In this document: piece by piece, positions 1-12,619 of the stretch
How the letters are laid out: each line of letters begins with the position of its first letter
Position numbering within the stretch: position 1 is the stretch's first letter
From: Podarcis pityusensis
Taxonomy: Eukaryota
Length of the DNA: 64,000 bases
NCBI GenBank assembly: GCA_964106645.2
Contig: OZ067040.1
Reading direction: 5' to 3' (one strand)
The notes under the pieces: generated by a model
Database searches by the model: none
Told to the model about the DNA's origin: nothing
Seen by the model: the letters and a program-made list of their open reading frames with translations, nothing else
Translations under genes and position numbers: made by a program

Positions 1-58
1 CACACGGCGACTGATGGACTCTGGACCTGGGACTCGTAAAGAAAACGTGTTTTATATG

Positions 59-190
59 AAATAAAAAAATTCCTTCCTGTAGCACCTTAAAGACCAACTA
101 AGTTAGTTCTTGGTATAAGCTTTCGTGTGCATGCACACGAAAGCTTATACCAAGAACTAACTTAGTTGGTCTTTAAGGTGCTACAGGAAA
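59..190. mobile_element. Penelope-like element (PLE) terminal remnant folded back into a perfect 116-bp palindrome (74..189)
   Basis: Arms ttcctgtagcaccttaaagaccaactaagttagttcttggtataagctttcgtgtgca and its exact reverse complement with no spacer. 12-bp TSD gtgttttatatg at 47-58 and 191-202. Same sequence as the insertion at 60263-60340. Confidence 0.75.
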
Positions 191-694
191 GTGTTTTATA
201 TGCATTGTATATGCAGTATAACACTGTGACACCAGATGGCGCTGTGAAGTCCTGTCTTTCCCAACCGGATTTCCTTGTATGATTTTACGTGTTGAACTGA
301 AACACTTCTTTGATGTGTCTAGATCCAGCCCTGGTAGGACATCTTAGGGCCCGAGGATATCATGTGTGTGGGGACAACTTCTGATTTGCTCTCCATCCTC
401 CTCCCTTGCAACAATATTGTGGACATTGAGGTATTGCAGTTGTGCAAATACTTAGCACCTAATTAAACCAAGTAGTACTTACAATTGCCTCTCTGGCGGG
501 AGAAGAGTTGTATGGCTTCCACGTGTTGTGGTTTCCCCCCTCATTCTCCCCCCACCCTCACAAAGAAACCGGCTACTTAATATTGTAGTTGTGCAAATAC
601 TTAAACATATAAGCACTTGACCTTAAGCTTAAACATATAAGCACTTATTATATGGGCTGGTGTGGTACAGTATCCACATATAGAAGTAAGCCCT

Positions 695-1049
695 AGGTAA
701 AGGTAAAGGGACCCTTGACCATTAGGTCCAGTTGTGGCCGACTCTGGGGTTGCAGCACTCATCTCGCTTTATTGGCCAAGGGAGCTGGCGTACAGCTTCC
801 GGGTTATGTGACCAGCATGACTAAGCCGCTTCTGGCGAACCAGAGCAGCGCATGGAAACGCCCTTTACCTTCCCACCGGAGCAGTACCTATTTATCTACT
901 TGCACTTTGACATGCTTTCAAACTGCTAGGTTGGCAGGAGCTGGGACTGAGCAACTGGAGCTCACCCCATTGTGGGGATTCGAACCACCGACCTTCCTAT
1001 CGGCAAGTCCTAGGCTCTGTGGTTTAACCCACAACCTCACCCGCATTCC
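695..1049 (-). mobile_element. Sauria SINE
   Basis: Reverse-complement homologue of the copies at 56273 and 61316. (ACCTTT)n tail reads as aggtaaaggtaaagg at 695, with the tRNA-like head at the right end. Confidence 0.9.
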
Positions 1050-1189
1050 ATGTGTACAGGATTGCAGCCTGAATTAGTCTTAAAAGGTTCTACACAGGGC
1101 TGCTAACAAGGGCTTCCATGCATTTGGGAGCCATTCCCCCTCCTCCAGCTTATTCATTTTTTACTTTCCAGTAAGTGGAATAAGGTTGA

Positions 1190-1600
1190 GGGATATGTAG
1201 ACTAGGACCTGGAAGACCAGGGTTAAAATTACTCTGTCATGAAGCTCATTGTGTGACCTTGGGTCAATCACTGGGCAGGATTCAGCTGTGGGTCTTTCCC
1301 CCTCTCTTCGCCCCCCTCCTTCCATGCCCCTGAAATTGGTTTAGGGGGCTTCGGAGAACCCCTGGAACATAGAGAAGGGAGAGGTAGGGCTTGTTCTATT
1401 TGCAAGCCAAAATACTTGCAGTGATGCAACAATCAGAAGAGCACGACATTGAATTCCTCCCACTGTCTCTCAGTCTAACTGGCGCCACAGGGTTGTTGGG
1501 TGGTTACCGGGGGGGGGGGAGAGAACCATGAGTGCTACTTTGAGCTCCTTGGAGGAAAAGAGATATGATATTATATAAGATCAAATACAATAAATAAAAC
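1190..1600 (+). mobile_element. Old squamate tRNA-derived SINE interrupted by a ~190-bp inverted-repeat element (about 1273-1461)
   Basis: Degenerate B-box head (gaccagggttaaaat...tgtgaccttggg) and body (cacagggttgttg...ttgagctccttggagg). Inner insert has imperfect termini gggcaggattca...tgaattcctccc. Confidence 0.45.
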
Positions 1601-3261
1601 AAATACAATTTTTCTGCAGCTATTCAGAATAAAAATAGCATTACAGTTAAGATCTATAAAGTTTTCATAATCCAGCATGAAATACATTAAACATTAGATC
1701 CCCTTGGGAGTTTTTCTTTAAAGTTTTTGTGTGGTGTCAAAACCAAGATAAAAGATAGCAGTGACTTACCACCAGAGCTGGCCTATTTTTGCATTAGATG
1801 ATAAACACGACCATAATATCCTTCAGGCTGTTGTGTGTGTATATGCAATTGCAGCTTCCTTAAACTACTTCAGATTACTCAATTGCCCATAATAGCTCAT
1901 TTGGGCTGTTTATCATTTAGCTGATTGAAGCTTCTGTACTCGGTGCAATGATCCTTTTCAAGTGTGAAGCACTCAGTATCACAAACAGAATCAGTGAAAC
2001 ATTTAGAAACAATTTGTCTATAGTTAAGAAAATACTTTATTCCTAGAGGCTCTGGTTTACGTGGGAGGAAAGGAGTTAAATTAAATTTATTATAAGAACA
2101 ATAATGGCTGTTTATTCAAATCCCCGTCTCCCAGAGATAAAGGAGTGTGTCCTAAATAAATGAACTGGTTTTCCCCAGTGTTTTATAGTTGATACTATTT
2201 TAACTGTTCCATCAATAAATAAAACAGTGTGATAGAAAAATGTAAAAGCACAAAAGTGGATAATAATATTTGTTAAAAGCTTTATGAATCTAAATTGTGA
2301 ATCTTAACTTCAAGTCCAAGAAAAACAAGGAGCTGCAGTTAGGAAAAGGAGAGGTGTGGGTATGTCAGGAAAATGCATTTAGGAGCACAAGCAGATAACA
2401 GTGAAGTCATGCAGTCATGGTTGCTGGCTTCTTTATAATGTGTACATTATTATGCAAAGTAGTGTGAATATTATTTGCTGTTCAGGGGGAGGCTGATTTT
2501 TGCTATTTCTTTAAAACTGCAACTGTTAGATAAATATGTTGCATATCCTGTAATATGATGATTCTATAAAAGAAATATCAAATCATTTTTAGTAAAAAAA
2601 ACCAGACTGGTAAGCAACATAAAGATGTTAAATTATAAAAACCATTCTGGGTTGCTGTCACTTATGTGACAAGTAAATTATATAGTTTTGATTTTAAAAG
2701 GATAGCTAAATTTCCACATCTTTGGGTTTTAGAAAATGGGTAACTGAATGGTGAGTGCATGGACAGAAGAAATTTCTCTCTCTGTTCTATATAGCAGAAG
2801 GAAATATATCAGATCCCTTTTTTAACCAGATTTAAATAAAGCAAAATGCTTCTCAAAAGCAAAATGTGTATAAACTTTATGGCAGAAGTGTTAGGTTGAT
2901 TGCGTACTGATTATGGTTTTAGAATCTTGCATGTGAATGTTTGGTTCTAGGTAATCTTGGTTCTTAGGCTTTGTATACTGTAGTGGAACATTAAGCCACT
3001 GCAGTTTTTGAGGTATGATTTTATGGTGTACACACACACTTACACTAATTAACTGGGATCTTAAAAATAGGCAAAGCTAACAATATAACACAATGAAGAT
3101 TGTGCAGACAGTTGTTAGGTTAGCAGTTCTATTCGCCTTTAAGAGTTGCTTCCTTCACTAATCTATTTAATCACAGTAACACATTATACACGTGTCTATT
3201 TGATGGCCAGATGCATGTTAGCCCGAAAATGTGATTTATCATGCTTATATATGACTTGTAA

Positions 3262-3267
<6 letters not shown>

Positions 3268-3310
<43 letters not shown>

Positions 3311-3335
3311 GGTGTGTGTGTGGGTGTGGGTGTGT
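3268..3335. repeat. (TA)n(TG)n compound microsatellite
   Basis: Direct inspection. Confidence 0.95.
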
Positions 3336-3499
3336 GAATGTGAATGAATTCACTTCTACTTTATTCCTCTGTGATTTTTACACCAGAGAAGATTTGTTCC
3401 TTTTGTCCTGCATAAGTTCCTCTGCTGTCATTCTTGATATCTTTATCCTATGTCGATAATCTTCACTTATCACAATTAGGCATGTGATCCTATTGTCCT

Positions 3500-4200
3500 T
3501 CATAATTTCACGCTTGAGTTATTTGAGACTTCTCACTCAGGTGGATGCCATTTTGCAGGTGGATGCCAGGACCTGCAGCTACATTACCCCATGTCGTTAA
3601 TGTCAATGTGCACTGTGACTGTTGACCCCACCCCAGCACTATCTGCTAGGCTATCTAGATGAGGGGCAACACTTGCAACCATCATGCTAGGCAGGAAATT
3701 CACCTCGTGTACACACATTAGAGCTGTCATCCTGTGAGTGGGATACAGCGCTAACATCCCTGAAGACCTCATCCACAAACCTCTCTTCCTCTCTCAGGTT
3801 TTCCGAGTCAGCCACCTTGGCTTCAAGGAAATGAAATTGTTTGTGGAGATCCAAGAGCTCATTGCTCTGAAGACACAACCATAACTTCTGTCTGGCAGCC
3901 AGATAGTTGAACATGTGACCGATTGTGCAAAACCCTGGAAAGCTCCCATGTGTCTTCTGACTTTCTGTCTGCGTAACTGTTTTTGTAGTTTATTGAGTTA
4001 CTTCATTAGAAGCTTGGGTTTTGTTTAGATCAAGGAAAGGAGGAGCAGAGCAGTGTACCCTGGACTTCTTGCCCTGATGCCAAACTCATTTGGCTGTTTA
4101 ACTTGCCTTGACACTTTGTTAGCTGGGGCAGACACACTTGATAAGCTGGTGCTGTCTGGCTGTGCGAGAAGAGGTGAGGAGAGAGAGCATGCAAACCTGA
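3500..4200 (-). mobile_element. Degenerate CR1-group LINE ORF1/5' region fragment
   Basis: Minus-strand translation MFNYL..QKLWLC..NELL.L..FLEAKVADSENLREEERFVDEVFRD resembles the zinc-finger/coiled-coil ORF1 of reptile CR1 elements. Boundaries approximate. Confidence 0.55.
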
Positions 4201-4830
4201 GACTCACAAAAGCTTGTTCCCGTAATTATAAACTATGGTATAACATATATCCAAACATAGCCAGTGAGTGCTAGACATCAAATAATAGTGGGAGCACTGC
4301 TGTAAACTGAAAATCATTATATTTTACTTTGCAACTCTGCTGTCAAATGCAGTCACGACTTCTCCTGCCAGTAGAATTTTATCTCAAATAATGTTACAGT
4401 ATAATCCTGATTGTGATTGACAATCTGTTACTCTCTTGAATAGCAAAGTTCTGGTGGCTGGTTTCTTTACCACTTGGTATGGACTCTTTTTTCTACATGT
4501 ATACATGCATTCCTACTAGTAAGGTCGCCACCATCCCATCTTTACCCAGATTCATTTAATTAATGTGAATTTCCTAGAATAGCTTATTTGAGTAAATTAG
4601 TTTTCATGTGCTCCCCCTGCCTTTTTTCAGATGGCTCTTTGGGTTAATTAAGGCTGCAATCCTAAACACATTTACTAGACTCTAGAGGGTAAGTCTCATT
4701 GAATTTAGAGGAAATTATTTTTCTGTTAACACACTTAGGATTGCCCTGTAAGTAAGGAATGATCTGTCAACAACTAAATAATAAGCAGTGCTTCGCTGAA
4801 TGCTGTCTTCATCATGTTTTTTTCAACTAG

Positions 4831-4935
4831 AATGTTCCTCCGGATCTCTCCATCTGCACTTTTGTGCTGGAACAGTCCTTGTCCGTGCGAGCCCTCCAGG
4901 AAATGCTGGCCAACACAGAGGAGAAAGCAGAAGGG
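4831..4935 (+). CDS. RYR2: RYR2 exon 3 ([35 protein letters not shown]), 105 nt, phase 0-0
   Basis: tttcaactag|AATGTT ... GAAGGG|gtgagc. Recognised RyR2 N-terminal domain sequence. Confidence 0.97.
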
Positions 4936-5837
4936 GTGAGCAGCAATGTCTCCACCTTTTAATTAATTTGTAATTGCTTTTGGATTCTATTAAGTGTCTT
5001 GTTATCCTTGATGCTTTTTATTAACACCTCAGCTTTTGGAATCCTATTACACTCCTTATTTTATTGAAGTTTACATTCTCAGAAAACTTGAATGACCAAA
5101 AGCCATGGAAAACTTGAAACCAAACATGAAAATGGTTTCCCCCAGCTGTCATTATCCTTGCAAACCAGAAAAATGTATGAATATTTTGTTTTCATAATAC
5201 TTTCCACATGACCATTACAAAATATGGAGTATATATCAGTCTTGGAAACCAGATAGGCATATACCTATATAATTTGAGTGCTTTATGCCTAGTTTTAATC
5301 CTGTATTTATCAGTTTCTAATGAATATTGATCTTTAGTCTTCTCATTTTGTATTTTATATATGTTATATAATCAATATGATGTTTGTATCTAGAAGTATA
5401 TATAACTTTTTTTAAAAAATATACACATTAGTTAGTGTATTATACAAAATATAGTCTGATTTTCCTGTACTGCATAATGATGGTATTAAACTACTTTTTA
5501 AGTGATGTTTTACATATATTCTTTCACAATAATAAAGCTAGCTGGTGCTTGACAGATTTCTGCTTTTGCCCTTTTTCCTTTCTATTTCATCTTCTTCGGT
5601 TTCAAGAAGAAATAACCTGCTTCTGCAACAAGAATTGCATCATTCAAACTTACCCTCTTGTACAGATGTCTGATTAATTTCTGCAGTTCAGTTCTTACAG
5701 TGTCTCAACTACCTTGAATTCCTGGTAACATTGTTCGGGAGTCCCCAATAAATAAATAAGCACTTTATTGAACCTGGCTATAAATGAAAATCAATTAGGA
5801 GATGCTAGGTAAGATTAAAAGCCGTAGGAAGGAAATA

Positions 5838-6079
5838 CAGTGGTACCTCGGGTTACAGATGCTTCAGGTTACATACACTTCAGTTTACAGACTCTGCTAA
5901 CCCAGAAATAGTACCTCGGGTTAAGAACTTTGCTTCAGGATGAGAACAGAAATCGTGCAGTGGTGGCACAGCGGCAGCAGGAGGTCCCATTAGCTAAAGT
6001 CGTGCTTCAGGTTAAGAACAGTTTCAAGATAAGAACAGACCTCCAGAACGAATTAGGTTTTTAACCCGAGGTACCACTG
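5838..6079. mobile_element. pogo/Tigger-like MITE, family B (242 bp)
   Basis: TIRs cagtggtacctcgggtta...taacccgaggtaccactg with TA TSD. Sister copies at 61763 and 63760. Confidence 0.9.
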
Positions 6080-6820
6080 TATGTGCCTATAGGAACAGTT
6101 CATAGTTGAAATAGGTAGAATTGGTTAGATCCTTTATAAATAAAATCTAACTTGTTGTCAATGTTCCTTACTTGCCTTGAAATCAATTAAATCAAACTGT
6201 GTGGGCAAAGCTTTGGTGAACAGCTGACCCAGAGCTTCACAATCAGCTATGGGTCTTGTGGAGCTCTGTGTCATGGGGATTTCGAAGCTGCTCTAGCCTC
6301 CTAACTAATCTGATATTTACCTTGAGCTGTCCAGGGTGCTACTTTGTTTGCCTGAATTTGCCTTATCTTAGTGGTGGAGAACCACAGTTCTGGGGTGCAA
6401 ATGCTATCGGTCCCTTGGGACTTTGCTCAGGTCATACTTGCTCCAATACCTTCTTCACATACCCCTTGAGTGTTTTTGCTTGGCTAGAATGTGCCGTTGA
6501 ACCCTAATAATGCTTCTTGTTTGCCTGAATGGAAGAGAGAAAGCTGTGTGTATGTACAAAACCAGCTTACAAGACAAAGGTAAAAGGACATGCTTGATAT
6601 GGACTGTGCCATTCTGGAATCTTCTTGTAGTTATTTGAAGAAGGATGCTTATGTATTTGAGGATCCTGTTTTGAATGTTTCTCCCTCACACTGCCAATCG
6701 GAGTGCCCAACTTTTAGGACTGCACATCGCAAACTTCAGTGATATCCCTAATTATAATAACTCAATATCTGTTAAAACCGATCTAAAAGCTGGATTGAGA
6801 ACAATGATCACAAGTACCTC

Positions 6821-6857
6821 AATAAAATAAAATAAAATAAAATAAAATAAAATAAAA
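6821..6857. repeat. (AAAAT)n microsatellite
   Basis: Direct inspection. Confidence 0.9.
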
Positions 6858-9242
6858 TCCCTCCAGGAAAATTAACAAAAGTATGAAAGAGCTAAGATTC
6901 TGATGCTTGGAGGACTTCATGGTGAAAGTCAGAGAGCCTATTACAGGATAAGAATATGTGTCTAGTTTCACTAGGCACTTTGCTATGGGGCTAATTAAAT
7001 ATGACCTCCCCACATTGCTACCCCATTTGCAGGCAGCACATGTTTAGTGGAGGGGATTCAAATATTTCAGGAAGATTTTGTTATTTTACCATTGGTGGCT
7101 TATTTGTTCATTGTTGTTGTTTTTTTTAAAGAAAAAATATAATTGCAGATTTTGAGATGCAGTTATAGAAAAGCAAGTTGTCAGTTTGTTTTTACTATGA
7201 TGTCCTGGTTACTACAGTGTCTTGGGTGTCTTTGTGTAGCATGCTCAGAGCTTGTCCCTGCGTTCTAATACTAATTGTGATAAAAGATGGATTTCCTCAG
7301 CTGCAGCAGAAGTAAATGGGAATGTTACCTCTTTAAAGTCCTGCGCTTGATCTGTCTCACGTGAGCTACCACATGACAGCAACTGCATCATTTCATCTTT
7401 CTTTAAACTAATATTTTGGAGTCTAAACAGTTTCTGTTTAATATCTTATAACCAAAATGTAATCAGAAAAGGTTTGTATGATAGATTGGCCATAAACCCT
7501 GTCATACTTAATTATATAAATCTGTTCTTCTGTGATTTGTTCCAGAATCTTGTGCTTAGCATGTTGCTTGTATATCTAACTGTCTGGCCTTGTTTAGATC
7601 AAAGCTGACATAAAGTACTAAAATACACTGCACACATCTGTAGAAGTATCCTTCAGTTAATATAAAGGATAAAATGCAAATGGCTTATGTGCACAATCCA
7701 TGAAGACACTTTCCTTTTCAAATCTATCATAAAGAATGCTATTAATTAGAGTGAGCAACAAACCATGTCCTTGTCAAATTTCCTGCTGGAAGCTTTGTCT
7801 CCTCTTCACCCACCCCATTTTTAGGGTTTATTAGTTTCCTCAGTCCCCACCTTTGTTTTTTGTGGTTCAGCCACTATCCTGTAAGAAATGCCAGTTTTTC
7901 AGGAGAGGAAGAGTTATAATGGAAGGAACTGAATGAAGGAAATAATATATGATACTTAAAGTTTTGGAAAATAAGCTGTAGGGTTACAAGAACTTTTTCT
8001 GTGCCTCATATGTGGTATATGATGCTGAAAAAGTATGTGCAGCTTTCTGAGTTTTTAGGAGAAAGCCATTTTGTAAGCAAAATATAGGGTCTATCTTAAT
8101 ATGGCTGGATCTGAACTTTGATTATAAATGGAAAGATAAATTTCATGCCTCTATTACAGAAAATAAAACCTTAGGCTATGTAAACAGATCTACATCTTTC
8201 AGTTGCAATATAAAATTTGCTGCCAGACTTGGTTTTACACCTGAGATTGCATCTGTAATAGCTCATAGGAAATGAATAAAAAAAGTGAAAATATATAAGC
8301 CTGATATGTATACACATGAAATATTTACTCGGGGGGGGGGGGGAGAATCAAGTTCTGTGAAGTACAATTTTGTTGTTGCCATTATTGTGCCATGAAGTTT
8401 CTTAATGGGGAAGGGGTGACACCTGTATCCAAGCATCCTTGGAAAAGGCAGGTACACCCTGCCCCCTGTGTAGCTATCGTCCAAGCAGTGTTATGGACTA
8501 TGGGAAGACTATTTTAGGATGCAGCTTCTAGGGCATATGCACTGCTCGGATCTGGAATGCTACTTTTTTGTGCCTCCTTGTCAAAATTAAACTGCTGTGA
8601 AAGTGTACTGAGCATTACCTGTTGGAGGCTAGAGCAGCCCTTTGAGAGCAAGATTACTACACAAGCCATGCAAAAATGATTGCAAAGCCAAAATATAATT
8701 GTTCTATCAGGGCAGTTTAGATAGATGCATTGACTGTTGAGGCATTTGTATACTGTGGCATCTGAGAGGAATATGCCCTTTAACTGTGATGATACAGTGC
8801 ATGTCTGAAAAAAGAATTGAGGGGTGTGTTTAGAAACCTTTTGACACATTTGCCTCTGGCCCTGCCCACCACTGATAATCAGCCCCCTCATGAGGGAATG
8901 CAGACCTCAGGTTGAAAAATATCACTGCTCCTGCTGTATACTGCCAAAACTGCCTTCAGAGTCTCATTTTTGTGTGGATTTCCTTTGGCCTCTTGAATGC
9001 AGACTTTATTGTGAGAAGAAAAATTGGGCACATGTGTGGGCGAAAGTACTTTAAGTACCGCTAATATTTTTTAAAATAGGAATTTTGAGTTCATTTTAGT
9101 GTGTACAGTTTAGAAGATATTTCTTACTGCTGTAACAGATTTGCAGAATTGCAATGGAGTGACAGCTAATGAATGCAACTAATAATGAAGTCTGAACCCA
9201 AAGTGGATCCAACTTTTGCAGAAAGAGTTCTGACTAAAACTT

Positions 9243-9277
<35 letters not shown>

Positions 9278-9278
9278 C
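9243..9278. repeat. (AAC)n microsatellite
   Basis: Direct inspection. Confidence 0.9.
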
Positions 9279-9932
9279 GCAACAAGACACAGCCTGGACT
9301 GATATTATGTTTGTACTGTGTTACCAATTACTGACCAAACCAGTCTGCTTAGTGATGATACTGATGCAAAAATGTTTGCTTAATGTTTTGCTGGATTTTT
9401 ATTGAATTTTGAAATCATGTCCTGACTTTTTTGCTTGTGATTTTTTGCTTGTGATTTGTAGGAAGTGCTTAGAGATTTTGTTATATTAATCAGCATTTAA
9501 ATTATTAAAATAAAATAATTAAAAAGAACATGCATTTAATTTCAGTACAAATAATACATGGCTATTGGGCAGGATTAAACTAATGAGGCCTGTGAGTGGA
9601 AGGACTTCTGCTTCTTCACTGGGGCTTTGCCCCCTTTCCTGCCCTCAACCTGGCTTTGGAGGGATTGGAAGAACCCTCCGGAACAGAGTGTGGAGGAGGA
9701 AGGGTGATCATCCTGCTTGGCAAGTCAAAATATTTGCCCTGACAGAATGATCATCTCAGTGCAATGTTTAATTTCCCCCACAAGCATTTGTGAGAAATGG
9801 GTTTGGAAACCATGCCCTTGTGATAACCATTCTTACTAATCGTATTTCTATCAAAATGTGAGTGCTAAATTGCAAAATACCATATTTAGTAAGGAACTCA
9901 TTTTTGTTTTGTTTTGTTTTTTCTCCCTACAG

Positions 9933-9953
9933 CTAGTTGATGTGGAAAAATGG
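9933..9953 (+). CDS. RYR2: RYR2 microexon 4 (LVDVEKW), 21 nt, phase 0-0
   Basis: Long pyrimidine tract, ctacag|CTAGTTGATGTGGAAAAATGG|gtatgt. Matches the RyR2-specific QVDVEKW. Confidence 0.95.
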
Positions 9954-12473
9954 GTATGTGCTTGACTCTCTTGACCCAAAACAATCCTATGTCTATCACA
10001 GAGTCTAAATTGTCTGTTTTTTGTATTCTGTCTGCACCACAACACTAATTTGCTTAGCTCAAAACAATTTTTTTAAAAACTTCTTTAATAATGATAGCTG
10101 GGACTGTTGAGTTCTTGAAATAGTTCCCAAACTTCTTAAAATATGAGTAATAAAATACATTCTAATTCATCCTTGTTTAGTAAAAATTTTTTTAAAGGGA
10201 TTTTCCCTTGTAGTTTTGAGCCTTGCAATTTCATCCTGTAAATGTATGTCCTTTAAATCTGTCATTATTTGTGACATTTGTCTGAACACATCTTAAGTGA
10301 ATAATGCATGTGAATACCATAATTTTTCCTCTGTGTTTATAACTGATGCATTGCTTTATTTATAAAATAGTGTGTATTAAGCTTTTCAAGATAATGAACA
10401 GATGTCAGAGAATTTATAGAAAACAAATCACTACATGTATCTTGCCCAATCTCATTTCATTCTTTTAATTCTGAATTAAATCTGTGCATTGATATGTAAT
10501 GAATTTCTGCGAGCTATTGGGATTGGAAACCTTTGACAATATGTCTTCCATTTGTGTGTGTTAATATCCTATTTGTATGTTGAAATCTAGGCATGCAAGT
10601 AATGTATTTTCTGTGTATAGAATCTCTTGAGCATGTCTAACTTTATTTTGTATAGTGAGATGTTGGCACTCAAAGTCTATTTGCATTATTCCAGAGGTAT
10701 CTACTTTTGAAAAGTCTATGTTTGCATGTCTACATGATTCTAATTTTTATTTGCTAATTGTGTGGATTGCTGTGTCTTTAGTTTCTTCCATCAAATTACT
10801 TTCGTTGTCTTCTCTATAATGAGTTATAAACCCATATTTTAAAAATAAATGCATTAGTATAATATGATTTTACAAGAATTCAAGAAAGAACTATACTATA
10901 TTTCTCACATTTCAGCACCTTAGCTGTGGTTTTGCCAGCCATATGGTAAACATGTCCCTCCAAATATTTGTATCCCTTTTCAGAAACTTGAGTAACTAAA
11001 AATTAAACTGTCCTAAGTCATGGACTAGCAAAATAAGGATCACACTGTAATCCAACCCAGAAAACTTGTTTACTACACAGTGTAAATTAGGTAGCAGAAG
11101 TATCGGGCTCTTATATACCCAACTGAATTCCTTTTCATTTAGAAACCTAGGGTTGTATCCAGTGCTAGGCCTAATAAAAATAGACCCCCTGATGATAATA
11201 GACATGACTAACTTAGGTTCATCAATTTAAATGGGTCTGCTCTCAATGGGACTAAGTTAGACAGATCCCAAATACTTCTTAATGGTATTAACTTCTCTTT
11301 GGAAAAGGACTATATTCTGATTTCTAATATTATTGTATTTTATGACTATTGTGTACATTAATTCAGTGAATATTAAATTAATACAATGATGGGTATTTCT
11401 TTGAAATGTTTCCATATGCTTGAGATTTGAGCAGTCTACAATTATATTGTTCAACAGTATTGAAATGAAAAACTGTGTTTTCTAGATACTGTAAACATAT
11501 AGAATTAGAACAACAAATGACATACTGTCTCTGCACCCTCTTACCCCTAACATTTCCCATTTCATATTTGCATCTAATTTAGGATGTCTGCCTTTAATAA
11601 TCTTGCTAAAACTTTAGCATTGGCAGGTCCAAATGAGAGAGTGCCAAGTGTAGAGCAAAATACATATGCAGGTCTCCCAACCAGTGTTTTGTGCTGTTTA
11701 CATCTCATCTGGTTATCAAGGGAGCAAGCATTGTAACAAATCAGTGCCTTCTGCCAGCTGTAGCAGCCATAACATAAGGTGGCCACATGTATTGTTAGGC
11801 TTTACTACAGAAAGGTGGGAGATGTAAAACATACGGAAGCATCTACATAAGCCGTAGTCCATATTTTTCTGGAGTTGCTACGGAGCATGTGATTCTTTGA
11901 CTAGTTTAATGGATTTTCCAAGTTCCTTCATTTTGTTCCTGGAGCAGGCCTTGTGTTGATGTATGTAGGTGTCATTTAGTTTAGTTCACCTGTGACAGAA
12001 CTGGCTGGGGGAGTGGAGAAAAAGCAGATTATTTTCTTTGTGGCAGGTCCAATGGCAGTTGTGTCAAACTTTATGCTACAATTAGTTCTGGTCTGTTAGA
12101 GGTTCCTGAAGCATCATCTAGTAATGGCCTGTGGAATAAGTTCACATTGTTGCAGCCTGAGGATATGGACATGGCCTTTGTAGCAGTGAGGCTAATTTGT
12201 GTCCTTTAGATCTGTGCTCTTCATGGCTGATAAAATCTAGGACGAAGGGATTGACTAGATTGGTGCAGGGAATGGTTAATGCTTCACTACATAAGGAAGT
12301 TACACTAGCTGCCTTGAAAGAGATGCAGCCACTCTTAAATATGTCTTCCCTGGATCCAGAAATTTTTAGAAAATAACAGTCCAATCTCTGTTATTCCCTT
12401 TTTGCACAAGGTAATCAAGACAATGGTAGCGAATCAGCTGCAGGTGTGCCGGAGGAAGCAGCCTATCTAGACT

Positions 12474-12604
12474 AAGATTACCAGACATCCCTGTTTCGCG
12501 GGGACAGTCCCCAGATTTACAGATCAGTCCCCTGACAAAATCCATCCCCTTCAACTGAAGTTGAAAAGTGTCCCCGGATTCATTGAAAAAATCTGGTAAC
12601 CTTA
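12474..12604. mobile_element. hAT-like MITE
   Basis: Imperfect TIRs aagattaccaga...tctggtaacctt with similar flanks tagact on both sides. Confidence 0.5.
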
Positions 12605-12619
12605 ATATAGACTTGTTTC

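Noticed and set aside
600-646. 19-bp direct repeat cttaaacatataagcactt (also the diverged ~55-bp duplication at about 50355-50485)
   Set aside because: Only two units each. These are ordinary local duplications with no array or spacer structure.
5649-5690. Antisense 27-nt microexon (ctgcag|...AGG|gtaagt on the - strand)
   Set aside because: No pyrimidine tract on that strand and no other supporting exons.
7290-7620. Extra RYR2 microexons in intron 3 (tttcctcag|ctgcagcagaa|gtaaat and tttag|atcaaagctgacataaa|gtacta)
   Set aside because: Lengths of 11 and 17 nt break the frame and the donors are weak. The protein is already complete without them.
9933-9936. Second AG 4 nt inside microexon 4 (cag|CTAG) as a lizard-specific cryptic acceptor
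   Set aside because: Its use would frameshift, and the mammalian CAAG sequence also places an AG at the same position, so it is not distinctive.
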